34,864 nucleotides of DNA from a virus (Duplodnaviria; Caudoviricetes), in the IMG/VR virus record IMGVR_UViG_3300022309_000015, positions 1 to 34,864 of that record, one strand, 5' to 3'. A program made the translations under genes and the position numbers. A model generated the notes under the pieces. That model worked only from the letters and a program-made list of their open reading frames with translations. It was not told where the DNA came from and searched no databases. Positions 26,732 through 34,209 of the stretch are shown here, piece by piece. The stretch's first letter is position 1; every line of letters begins with the position of its first letter.

Positions 26732-26985
26732 TGGAACGACTACACAAAGGAACCTATTACAAGCCCTTCTCGTGGCGGGATTATGAGCGCGACAAGCGGG
26801 CGCTTGCCAAGCGGGAACGTGATCGCGAGGAAAGCCGGACAGGTGCGGCCATCGGCTTTTTGGTCCTGGTCGCGCTTACCCTGGCCATCATGGCCTCATG
26901 CACGAAAGCGCCGCGGAGCTATTCGGACATTTCCGTCGAAGCCCGAACCGGGGTGGCCGTGTGGGATACCACAATTGCCCCTTGA
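26731..26985 (+). CDS. Small membrane protein (84 aa)
   Basis: TAATG coupling; hydrophobic segment ending in lipobox-like IMASC. Confidence 0.65.
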   Translation: MERLHKGTYYKPFSWRDYERDKRALAKRERDREESRTGAAIGFLVLVALTLAIMASCTKAPRSYSDISVEARTGVAVWDTTIAP

Positions 26986-27010
26986 CAACTTGACGGGGAA
27001 CGGATAAACT
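26982..27010 (+). promoter_or_regulatory. Sigma70-type promoter
   Basis: TTGACA-N17-TAAACT. Confidence 0.7.
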
Positions 27011-27045
27011 GGTTTATGGGTCTCAAACAACTGGAGGTTAGAACC

Positions 27046-27759
27046 GTGACATACTCGAAAGCCCAAGAATTGATCGGAACCGCCCGCAACCAGCAAGCCG
27101 GAAAGCCCCTCGCAAACAATACCCGGCTGGTACGGGACGGTGACGGGCTTGCAATCCGCTTGCATGATACCAACGTTGTGACCTTCAACCCGGATGGGAG
27201 CGTAACGCTCGATTCCGGCGGGTGGCGTACCGTTACCACAAAGGCGCGCATGAATGAGTACGCGCCCTGCCGCGTTTCCCAGGATCGCGGGCAATGGTAC
27301 GTTTCCACGGACGGGGAAACCCGCGTGGTATACGCGGATGGTATCACCATTATGCCGGATGGGACGGTAACCGGGGCGGGGGGTGATGCCGAACCAGCCA
27401 AAGGCCGCAAGATGGCGGCTGCAATCCGCAAATACGCGGACGCCTACGTCGCCGCATTGTACGCAAATGAGATTCCTACGCCGTCAAACGGCGACTGTTG
27501 GGGCTGCCTTATGCGGGGAGAAAAGGGCGAAGCCGTGATCGCCCATGACCATGTGGAATCCCATATTGAGGAAGGCTACTTTGTCCCGTCGCTCGGGGTC
27601 CGCGCTGTCGAAGCCTACGGATCGCAAGCCGCCAAGATGGTGACATGGGGGCTTATGGAGGGGAAAACTACCGGCGGCTACCTGGCAGAAGCCGCCCGCG
27701 ATCAAATCCGGCGGGCGATCACCCGCTGGTGCAAAAAAGAGTGTGGAATTGCCGCCTAA
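27046..27759 (+). CDS. Conserved phage hypothetical protein (237 aa)
   Basis: GGAGGTTAG before GTG at 27046; LDSGGWRTVTTKARMN motif typical of a phage early protein family. Confidence 0.8.
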   Translation: MTYSKAQELIGTARNQQAGKPLANNTRLVRDGDGLAIRLHDTNVVTFNPDGSVTLDSGGWRTVTTKARMNEYAPCRVSQDRGQWYVSTDGETRVVYADGITIMPDGTVTGAGGDAEPAKGRKMAAAIRKYADAYVAALYANEIPTPSNGDCWGCLMRGEKGEAVIAHDHVESHIEEGYFVPSLGVRAVEAYGSQAAKMVTWGLMEGKTTGGYLAEAARDQIRRAITRWCKKECGIAA

Positions 27760-27770
27760 GCGCATCAAAT

Positions 27771-27796
27771 GCCCGGCCCCATACCAGGGGCCGGGC
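27771..27796 (+). terminator. Perfect 10-bp GC hairpin (terminator or processing element)
   Basis: GCCCGGCCCC-ATACCA-GGGGCCGGGC after stop; no U tract. Confidence 0.5.
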
Positions 27797-27816
27797 CGGA
27801 CCGAGTTAGGCCCTTA

Positions 27817-28185
27817 GAACGCAAACCAGGAGGTTAGAACCGTGGAAAAAAGACTCAAACAAAGGCTAAACCTTGCGCTACAAGTCACCATTAATGCGGT
27901 TGAATATTCCGAGGTAACACCGGGACAGGAAACCACACTTGCATATCTCCGCGATATGCTTGCCCGCAAGCGTTCGGACGACTTCGCCACCGCCCGCGCC
28001 GCCAACTCGCACGCGGAACTAGTCGCGGCGCTGGAGCAGTGCTTGACCGTGATAGAGTTTGAAGCGGCGGCGGCGGGGAAGCTCGAATCGGTCAAAGCAT
28101 CCCCCGGCTACATTGCCGCCCGCGCCGCACTCAACAAGGCAAAGGCCAACGACTAAGGAACGCAAACCAGGAGGTTAGAACCGTG
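27817..28185 (+). repeat. 28-bp direct repeat spanning RBS and start codon (27817-27844, 28158-28185)
   Basis: GAACGCAAACCAGGAGGTTAGAACCGTG, identical in both copies. Confidence 0.9.
27842..28156 (+). CDS. Hypothetical protein (104 aa)
   Basis: Repeat-borne RBS; ELVAALE...AARAALNKAKAND. Confidence 0.8.
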   Translation: MEKRLKQRLNLALQVTINAVEYSEVTPGQETTLAYLRDMLARKRSDDFATARAANSHAELVAALEQCLTVIEFEAAAAGKLESVKASPGYIAARAALNKAKAND

Positions 28186-28512
28186 CAACAGGAACATAAC
28201 GTTTGGCAAGAGTACGACGCAGCCGCAGAATGGTGCGCCCGTCGCGGTATCGCTGGTAAGCCGGGGGACCGGCTTCCGGAGTTGCTTTCCGTTGCCGCGT
28301 TGCGAGAGATTAACGCGGACCCGGACGCTTTCCAGCAGCGCGTGCGCGATTCTGCCTATGCTCTTGCTATGGCAGCGCTGGAGGATCTTGTGGAATGGCA
28401 AGACCCCGACACGCAAAACGACATGAAAACGGACCATCATCTCCGGGTAGAATATCAGCGCGCAACCGAAGCCGCCCGCGCCGCCATCGACAAGGCAAAG
28501 GCCAACGACTAA
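28183..28512 (+). CDS. Hypothetical protein (109 aa)
   Basis: Repeat-borne RBS; MAALE...AARAAIDKAKAND. Confidence 0.8.
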   Translation: MQQEHNVWQEYDAAAEWCARRGIAGKPGDRLPELLSVAALREINADPDAFQQRVRDSAYALAMAALEDLVEWQDPDTQNDMKTDHHLRVEYQRATEAARAAIDKAKAND

Positions 28513-28515
28513 GGC

Positions 28516-28839
28516 ATGGGCGAACAGCTTGACATATTTACCGGCAAGGTAGACCCGCGCGTGCCGTATGTCGCTGGTTCCGAAACGAGCAAGCGTGCCG
28601 CTGATGGTATCCGGCCCCAGGTCCAGCACGACCGGGGCCGGGTACTGGCCTATCTGCAAGCGTTCGGCCCTTGCACGGATCAGGAGCTACAGGACGCACT
28701 GGATCTTGACCCCAGCACGGAACGCCCGCGCCGAGTGGAACTGGTAACGGCGGGACTGGTCTACGACTCCGGGCGGACGCGGCCCACGAAAAGCGGACGG
28801 CCCGCCGTACTCTGGATCGCACGAAAGGAAAGGCCATGA
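28516..28839 (+). CDS. Winged helix-turn-helix DNA-binding protein
   Basis: GPCTDQELQDAL....STERPRRVELVTAGLVYDSGRTR.TKSGR.AVLW, typical phage wHTH. Confidence 0.75.
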   Translation: MGEQLDIFTGKVDPRVPYVAGSETSKRAADGIRPQVQHDRGRVLAYLQAFGPCTDQELQDALDLDPSTERPRRVELVTAGLVYDSGRTRPTKSGRPAVLWIARKERP

Positions 28840-29042
28840 GTTGCAAGCACGGTAACGATGAGTGGTGCGTTTTTTGTCAGGCGGAGGCTATAGACGCCCG
28901 GATTGCCGCAAGTTATGAGACAATCGCGGACCTGAAGGTTATGATTGAGCGCAAGCGGTGCGCGGAACTCGTAGAGATGGCGCTTCGGCAGGTTCACCCC
29001 GAATGGTGCGATGCCATCCTGGAAAAGATCAGGAACCCTTGA
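28836..29042 (+). CDS. Hypothetical protein (68 aa)
   Basis: ATGA coupling; CKHG....CVFC. Confidence 0.7.
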   Translation: MSCKHGNDEWCVFCQAEAIDARIAASYETIADLKVMIERKRCAELVEMALRQVHPEWCDAILEKIRNP

Positions 29043-29230
29043 GCACGCTAACCCCGTATTGGCGCGGGTTTTACGCCCGCATCTTTAAGCGCATCGACTC
29101 GCGCTATCAGCCGACGCGGCCCGCACTTGACCCGGAGCGCCTTCAGGAGTACCGGAACGGGTACGCGGACGCGCTGGAAATCGAACGGAAAACCCCGCTA
29201 TGGGATTCCCAAACCCGAAAGGAAAGGTAA
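29039..29230 (+). CDS. Hypothetical protein (63 aa)
   Basis: TTGA coupling with AGGA upstream; fills the gap between flanking genes. Confidence 0.55.
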   Translation: MSTLTPYWRGFYARIFKRIDSRYQPTRPALDPERLQEYRNGYADALEIERKTPLWDSQTRKER

Positions 29231-29234
29231 GACC

Positions 29235-29750
29235 ATGAAGGAAACTTTGTACGAAATCGCCGCCGCCCTGAAGGCGGAACTGGCCAACGCCTTTGACCCG
29301 GAAACCGGGGAGATTGACCCCGAAGCCGAGGCGCGCATCCTGGCTCTCGAAGGGGACCGGGACCATAAGGCGCTGGACGTGATCGCCTACGCTAAGAACG
29401 TCCGTATGAAGCTGGCAGGGATCAGGGGGATGAAAGGGTACGTCAATGAGCAGTTGGAGCGTCTACGGGCCGAGGAGAGGGCACTGGAGCGACAACTGGA
29501 CTGGACCGGGGACTATCTCCGCATGAACGGCCTCGAAGGGATCAACCTCAAGGACTCGCGGGGCTCGGTCTACTGGAAGAAATACCGGGGCGTCCTTGTT
29601 TCCGAGGACGCGGACCTGAGCCAGTGGCCGGAGGATTGCGTCCGGCACACCCGCGCACCCCTCAAGACTAAAGCCCTTGAGCATATCGACGCGGGCGAAC
29701 CCCTGCCCGGTGCAACCGTCATCGAAAAAGTTACGCCGGTCATCAAATAG
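29235..29750 (+). CDS. Siphovirus Gp157-like protein
   Basis: TLYEI...DPETGEI...K.LD...Y.KN, coiled coil, C-terminal GEPLPGA; next to recombination genes. Confidence 0.75.
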   Translation: MKETLYEIAAALKAELANAFDPETGEIDPEAEARILALEGDRDHKALDVIAYAKNVRMKLAGIRGMKGYVNEQLERLRAEERALERQLDWTGDYLRMNGLEGINLKDSRGSVYWKKYRGVLVSEDADLSQWPEDCVRHTRAPLKTKALEHIDAGEPLPGATVIEKVTPVIK

Positions 29751-29753
29751 GGG

Positions 29754-29782
29754 TTGACAACATATCGGTACGTGGATACAGT
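29754..29782 (+). promoter_or_regulatory. Sigma70-type promoter
   Basis: TTGACA-N17-TACAGT; predicted +1 near 29789. Confidence 0.7.
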
Positions 29783-29789
29783 GAATGTG

Positions 29790-29997
29790 TGGGTGCGGCG
29801 GCGTGGAAGAACACGCCATCCCCTGCTTGTATCGTAGGCCCGTTGGGCCGGTGCTGACTGCGAACCGTCGCAAGGGTACTGGACGGACCAACGAGAAACC
29901 GCGAGTGCAGACGGATGCTATTAAGTGCTGGCAATTTAATTTGAAGTCGGTAAGTCCAGCCGAACCAGCCATGCGGTTAAGACATGGCCCGCACTCA
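29790..29997 (+). ncRNA. tRNA-like structured RNA 1 (~208 nt)
   Basis: TGGGTGCGG/CCGCACTCA closing stem; CG linker; GCGTG-GAAGAA-CACGC arm; GCCATG-N9-CATGGC arm adjacent to the 3' strand; starts at predicted TSS. Confidence 0.55.
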
Positions 29998-30020
29998 AAA
30001 CCTCTTGAAAGGAGAAGCAA

Positions 30021-30833
30021 ATGAGCAACACTAAGATTTGGGATGCGCTTTCTACCCCGCCCGCATGGGCGCTCAAGGAAATCATGGGTGGACGGCTCAA
30101 GGGCATGACGGACGTTTCCCCGCTGTGGCGGGTACAGGCCATGACCGAACTGTTCGGCCCTTGTGGTATCGGCTGGAAGTGGGAGATTGTCCGGCTGTGG
30201 GTTGACGAAGGAGCGGACGCGCAACGGTTCGCTTTCGCGCACGTCAACCTGTTCACAAGCGCGGCGATGGGTGAGGGATGGTCCGCGCCGATCCCGGGCG
30301 TGGGCGGTTCCATGCTCGTTGAGAAGGAAACCAAAGGGCTGCACAGCAATGATGAGGCGTTCAAGATGGCCGTGACGGATGCACTCTCCACTGCCATGAA
30401 GATGCTCGGGGTTGCCGCGAAGGTATACGCCGGGCAGATGGACGGAGGAAAGTACGCGCAGGCAACGCCCGTACACACACCGACCCCGGCGCGCAAACTC
30501 CCGCCGCCCACACAGGACGAGAACAGCGAGCCGATCCCCGTCCACGTGACCAACGTGACGTGGGAAATGTTCACCCCGCACGGGAAAACCGAGCAGATGA
30601 AGCGGTACATCATCACGTTCGATGATGGGGCCACATACAAGATCATCAAGGAGGAGATGGCGACAATGGCCGCTCAAGCGAAGGTCCACAACCGCCCCGT
30701 GTTCTACTCCACCGAGCAGCGCGGGAAGTACACGAACCTGGTGGCGATGGAATACGCACCGGAACCCCTCGGCCAGACCGAGGAGCCGACCGACCTTCCA
30801 CCCGTACCGAACGACGACGATCTGCCGTTCTGA
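30021..30833 (+). CDS. Rad52/Rad22 (Sak-like) single-strand annealing protein
   Basis: GGRLKGMTDV.P.WR...MTELFGPCGIGW and DEAFKMAVTDALS...K.LG.AA.VY; C-terminal DDDLPF. Confidence 0.75.
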   Translation: MSNTKIWDALSTPPAWALKEIMGGRLKGMTDVSPLWRVQAMTELFGPCGIGWKWEIVRLWVDEGADAQRFAFAHVNLFTSAAMGEGWSAPIPGVGGSMLVEKETKGLHSNDEAFKMAVTDALSTAMKMLGVAAKVYAGQMDGGKYAQATPVHTPTPARKLPPPTQDENSEPIPVHVTNVTWEMFTPHGKTEQMKRYIITFDDGATYKIIKEEMATMAAQAKVHNRPVFYSTEQRGKYTNLVAMEYAPEPLGQTEEPTDLPPVPNDDDLPF

Positions 30834-30845
30834 AAGGAGTAGGCC

Positions 30846-31112
30846 ATGGGACTCGTAACCGACAGCAAGCTGGAAGAAGAACTGGCGTGGATGAGGAAAT
30901 TGATTAACACTACGCAGAGCATCAAAACCACATCGACGCAGCATGCAATGTCCAATATCTTTCCTTCTTACGCTTACGAGAAGGCAATCTCTGTCACCAC
31001 AAAGCAGGCAATCGAGGCCATCATTGACTACCTCGGGATAGAACTGCGCGTTGAGCCTGGCAAGACCGTGCCGGAAAAGGTCGTTGCCAGCAAGGCAAAG
31101 AAAAAGGAGTAG
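30846..31112 (+). CDS. Hypothetical protein (88 aa)
   Basis: AAAGGAG SD. Confidence 0.75.
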   Translation: MGLVTDSKLEEELAWMRKLINTTQSIKTTSTQHAMSNIFPSYAYEKAISVTTKQAIEAIIDYLGIELRVEPGKTVPEKVVASKAKKKE

Positions 31113-31115
31113 ACC

Positions 31116-31415
31116 ATGTGGAGAATCACCGAAGGCGGCAAGGTTACATCCGATGGGCACGATACGGAGGAGGACGCGCTGGAAGCTGCCGAGCAATCCG
31201 GTCAGGCCGTGTGGGAGAAAGGCGGTACCGACCACAACCCGCACCGTGGCATGTACGTGCTCTCCCCCCACGTGGACATCGAGGAGTATGACGACCCGGA
31301 CTACGACCCGACCGATGAAGAACTGGAAGCAATGAACCCGTTTAGTGAAGAACGCTTCGCCCGCGCTTGCGCGGAGCGGCAGCGATTCCTGGAAGCATGG
31401 CGGCTGAAACGATGA
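31116..31415 (+). CDS. Hypothetical acidic protein (99 aa)
   Basis: AAGGAG SD; D/E-rich. Confidence 0.75.
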   Translation: MWRITEGGKVTSDGHDTEEDALEAAEQSGQAVWEKGGTDHNPHRGMYVLSPHVDIEEYDDPDYDPTDEELEAMNPFSEERFARACAERQRFLEAWRLKR

Positions 31416-31600
31416 TGAAGGCAAGGGGCATCAGTATGGACAACGCGATGGTGGTCGCCGTCCGGCGCGCCGTGGCACGGTACAACGCGAACAACCAGCA
31501 GACACCGCTGAACGTATCGTCATACATCCGGCGTGCGGTGCAAGAGAAGCTGGAACGCGACGGCGAAGCCGTGGACGTGTGGCAGGTGGAAACCGACTAA
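31412..31600 (+). CDS. Ribbon-helix-helix-like DNA-binding protein (62 aa)
   Basis: ARGISMD strand and NVSSYIRRAVQEKL helix; ATGA coupling. Confidence 0.65.
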   Translation: MMKARGISMDNAMVVAVRRAVARYNANNQQTPLNVSSYIRRAVQEKLERDGEAVDVWQVETD

Positions 31601-31606
31601 TGACTA

Positions 31607-31737
31607 TCGCGCACGGCGGCGTGGAAGGACACGCAGCCCCAAACGATACCGGATGCAGTGATGTATTCCGCTACCAGTTTGGTACGCACGAGGCGAAAGC
31701 CGTAGAACAGCCGGTATCAATCCCGGCCCGTGCGCGA
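31607..31737 (+). ncRNA. tRNA-like structured RNA 2 (~131 nt)
   Basis: Perfect 10-bp TCGCGCACGG/CCGTGCGCGA stem; CG linker; GCGTG-GAAGGA-CACGC D-like arm; GCCGG-TATCAATC-CCGGC T-like arm. Confidence 0.6.
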
Positions 31738-31826
31738 GACTAAATGGGCGGGCTGGCCGGGGAAGGACGTATCGGGAAGTGCTGTGACCTGGCTGGCCCG
31801 TCCCGCAAACTTGAAAGGAGCAAGAC

Positions 31827-32237
31827 ATGTATGGAAGCATGAAGGAATGGCTGGACGGGTGGGATAGAACCGAGATTGGTTTATATGCCCTGCACAAAGA
31901 AATCGCCAGCCGCATCGACGCGATGGAAGATGATGGTAGACACTATCGGGCGTCCTTCAATGAGGTGTTCTCGCGCCTCCAAAAGCTGGAGCAGTTTTCA
32001 TCCAGCGTTATCAAGGTAGCGCCTAAGCCAGAGCCGCAGGGTGTCTACGTGCGCGAGGGGATGCAGGTGGAGACGAAGGAGGGGAATATATTTACCGTGC
32101 GGAAGAACCATCCTGTTGCTGGCTATGAAGATTGCATCGACGTGTGGCTTTCTAATGGTTCGCATGGGGTTATTCGCAAGGGTGAAATCACCTACGGAGG
32201 AAGGCCTGTTCTTGGATACGTGGAGGACCGGCCATGA
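31827..32237 (+). CDS. Hypothetical protein, paralog A (136 aa)
   Basis: AAAGGAG SD; shares blocks with the next gene. Confidence 0.75.
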   Translation: MYGSMKEWLDGWDRTEIGLYALHKEIASRIDAMEDDGRHYRASFNEVFSRLQKLEQFSSSVIKVAPKPEPQGVYVREGMQVETKEGNIFTVRKNHPVAGYEDCIDVWLSNGSHGVIRKGEITYGGRPVLGYVEDRP

Positions 32238-32620
32238 GCGAAAGCATGAAGGAATGGCTGGGCACGTGGCGCGCAGTACGTGACTACATAAATGAAACTT
32301 TCGACGGGCTCGCCCACCGCATCGACGCGCTGGAGGCACGGGTAAAGTTTCTCCCGTTCATATGCGGGAAATGCGGAGCACATCTCCAGTTCAATGGTGC
32401 GGAGTGTTTCTGCGGCAAGCCGCATGGTGTCTACGTGCGCGAGGGGATGCGGGTGACTGAAAAGGAAGAGGGGTCCCGATTTACTGTAAAAGCGCATTGG
32501 GGCCGATGCAGTGGGTGGATCTACGTATGGACCGATGATGGCGAGGTCGTGTGTATTCACAAGGATGAAATCACCTACAACGGAAAGCCAGTTCTTGGCT
32601 ACGAGGAGGACCGGCCATGA
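32234..32620 (+). CDS. Hypothetical protein, paralog B (128 aa)
   Basis: GGAGG SD; SMKEWL, RIDA, GVYVREGM and EITY.G.PVLGY.EDRP shared with paralog A. Confidence 0.75.
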   Translation: MSESMKEWLGTWRAVRDYINETFDGLAHRIDALEARVKFLPFICGKCGAHLQFNGAECFCGKPHGVYVREGMRVTEKEEGSRFTVKAHWGRCSGWIYVWTDDGEVVCIHKDEITYNGKPVLGYEEDRP

Positions 32621-32838
32621 AGCACTACTGGAGGGACGATTACACGCCACCCCCGATGTGGATTGTGCCAGCGGGGATAGCCAGGGTGCGGTGCGGGTTT
32701 TGCAGCACCGTCCGCGACGAACCGCTGGACGAACCCCTCGGCAAGTGCCCGGTGTGCGCGCAGTGGGACAACCATGAGCTGCGGCTGATGCTCAAGCACA
32801 CGCTCGGCTATCTGCCCGAAGTGAAGGAGAAGCCATGA
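32617..32838 (+). CDS. Small zinc-ribbon protein (73 aa)
   Basis: CGFC...CPVC; ATGA coupling. Confidence 0.7.
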   Translation: MKHYWRDDYTPPPMWIVPAGIARVRCGFCSTVRDEPLDEPLGKCPVCAQWDNHELRLMLKHTLGYLPEVKEKP

Positions 32839-33107
32839 AGCAAAAACCAAAGACACCCTATCAGCATCTACTGGAGGATGCGCGTAAGTGGGCGTTCGAG
32901 GTTGAGCACCCTCGCATGGCGCCCATGTTTCTCTACGATGCTAAAGCGATTGTCAATAGGGTAGGATTTCGTATGGACGATTTGCGGGAGCGCGTGCTGG
33001 CTGCTGACCAGTTGGGCTACGACGTGCGTGTGCGTGTGGACAATGACGGAAATCTTCGCGCCGAATATGTGAAGCGACCGTCTCTAGCGCCGTACAAGCT
33101 GAGATAG
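32835..33107 (+). CDS. Hypothetical protein (90 aa)
   Basis: AAGGAG SD; LRERVLAADQLGYDV. Confidence 0.75.
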   Translation: MKQKPKTPYQHLLEDARKWAFEVEHPRMAPMFLYDAKAIVNRVGFRMDDLRERVLAADQLGYDVRVRVDNDGNLRAEYVKRPSLAPYKLR

Positions 33108-33130
33108 GATATAAACCCGAAGGAGAAGCC

Positions 33131-33352
33131 ATGAAGATCATGCGTGACGGTAAGGAAGTGGACCCGGCGTTGTTCGGCGTGGTGGTGCCCTTGCAGAAGG
33201 GCAAGCGGCTGACCGATACCAGCGAGTGGCCGCCGATGGGAGAGGACGACATGCAGCGCAGCCGCGACATGGTGGGGCTGATGCTGGTAGTAATCGTGTT
33301 TGAAACCGGCATGCTTGTCGGGGCCATGCTTGTAGCACTGTTTGGAGGTTGA
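33131..33352 (+). CDS. Small membrane protein (73 aa)
   Basis: AAGGAG SD; C-terminal hydrophobic helix. Confidence 0.7.
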   Translation: MKIMRDGKEVDPALFGVVVPLQKGKRLTDTSEWPPMGEDDMQRSRDMVGLMLVVIVFETGMLVGAMLVALFGG

Positions 33353-33355
33353 GGT

Positions 33356-33670
33356 ATGAGCGCGAAGCTGTGCAAGGACTGCCGGTGGTATAAGGCGGAG
33401 TGGAAGTTCTCTAGGCCAGACTGCACGCACCATTTGCGCTCTCCTCGTCGCCTGGTCATGGCCATGGAAGCTGTGTATCTACCCCGCGTTCAGTTCGCCG
33501 CACATGACGACATGGTTGTTGATCCTCCGACACCATTTTACCGCACAGAGAAATGGCTTTCATGCGCCCATACGAGTCGGGATCGGTATGGTTCCTGCGG
33601 TCCTGAAGGCAAGTTGTGGGAACCGAGACGCACATTGTGGCGTCGGATGAAAGGATGGTGGATACGGTGA
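33356..33670 (+). CDS. Cys-containing hypothetical protein (104 aa)
   Basis: KLCKDCRWY...CGPEGKLWEP pattern; GGAGG/GAGG SD. Confidence 0.75.
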   Translation: MSAKLCKDCRWYKAEWKFSRPDCTHHLRSPRRLVMAMEAVYLPRVQFAAHDDMVVDPPTPFYRTEKWLSCAHTSRDRYGSCGPEGKLWEPRRTLWRRMKGWWIR

Positions 33671-33942
33671 AGCCGATAGTTTTCAAAGAGCGCACGGGCA
33701 CGCTTGGGAGGCCAGTTGGCATAACGGAAGAACAATGCGGGTCGCTATCAGTGCACCAGACAGGAGAGCAAGTGATTTCGTGTTGGCGCGCGTCGTGGCG
33801 CGAGCGCCTTTCCTTGCTGGTGTTCGGGAGGGTCTGGTTGTGGGTGTGGTCTGGCAACACGCAGCCGCCAGTCACGCTTGAAGCCACGCGCACGGTATTC
33901 TCTTCCCGACGCCCGTGGTGGCGTCGGCTGTTTGGAGGTTGA
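33667..33942 (+). CDS. Conserved phage hypothetical protein (91 aa)
   Basis: GTGA-coupled start; ISCW....RERL....GRVWLWV....QPPV motif. Confidence 0.7.
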   Translation: MKPIVFKERTGTLGRPVGITEEQCGSLSVHQTGEQVISCWRASWRERLSLLVFGRVWLWVWSGNTQPPVTLEATRTVFSSRRPWWRRLFGG

Positions 33943-33945
33943 GAC

Positions 33946-34209
33946 ATGAGCGAGAAACTTAAGCCGTTGACTACTAGTATTCAGGTTTCGTTGTGCAAGC
34001 ATCAGATGGCTACTTCGCGGTGTCCTGCATGTGCAGAGATTTCCAATGCCCGCCGCGAGGCGTTCGAGGAGTGCATTATGATTGCGGAGCCACAGCCCGG
34101 ACCAGAGCCTAGAGATTTTCAGGCATACCGAATACAAGTATCAACGCAAAGATGGATCGCTGATGCTCTCCGCGCCCGCCTAGCCGAACTGGAGAAGGAG
34201 AAGCCATGA
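33946..34209 (+). CDS. Hypothetical protein (87 aa)
   Basis: GGAGG SD; shares RREAFEECI and LRARLAELEKEKP with the next gene. Confidence 0.7.
   Translation: MSEKLKPLTTSIQVSLCKHQMATSRCPACAEISNARREAFEECIMIAEPQPGPEPRDFQAYRIQVSTQRWIADALRARLAELEKEKP

Noticed and set aside
25549-28185. Integron attC-like look (TAAC after stops, GTTAGA before starts)
   Set aside because: Several spacers are only 14-26 bp, the boxes do not fit RYYYAAC/GTTRRRY consistently, there is no full attC palindrome, and no integron integrase is present in the window
29463-31424. 653-aa minus-strand ORF
   Set aside because: Antisense shadow of several well-supported plus-strand genes that have SD sites; composition not protein-like
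29790-31737. Canonical tRNA or tmRNA genes
   Set aside because: No 7-nt anticodon loop in position, non-canonical T loops, no encoded CCA, no tmRNA 5' GGGG end or tag reading frame recognised; kept as tRNA-like ncRNA candidates
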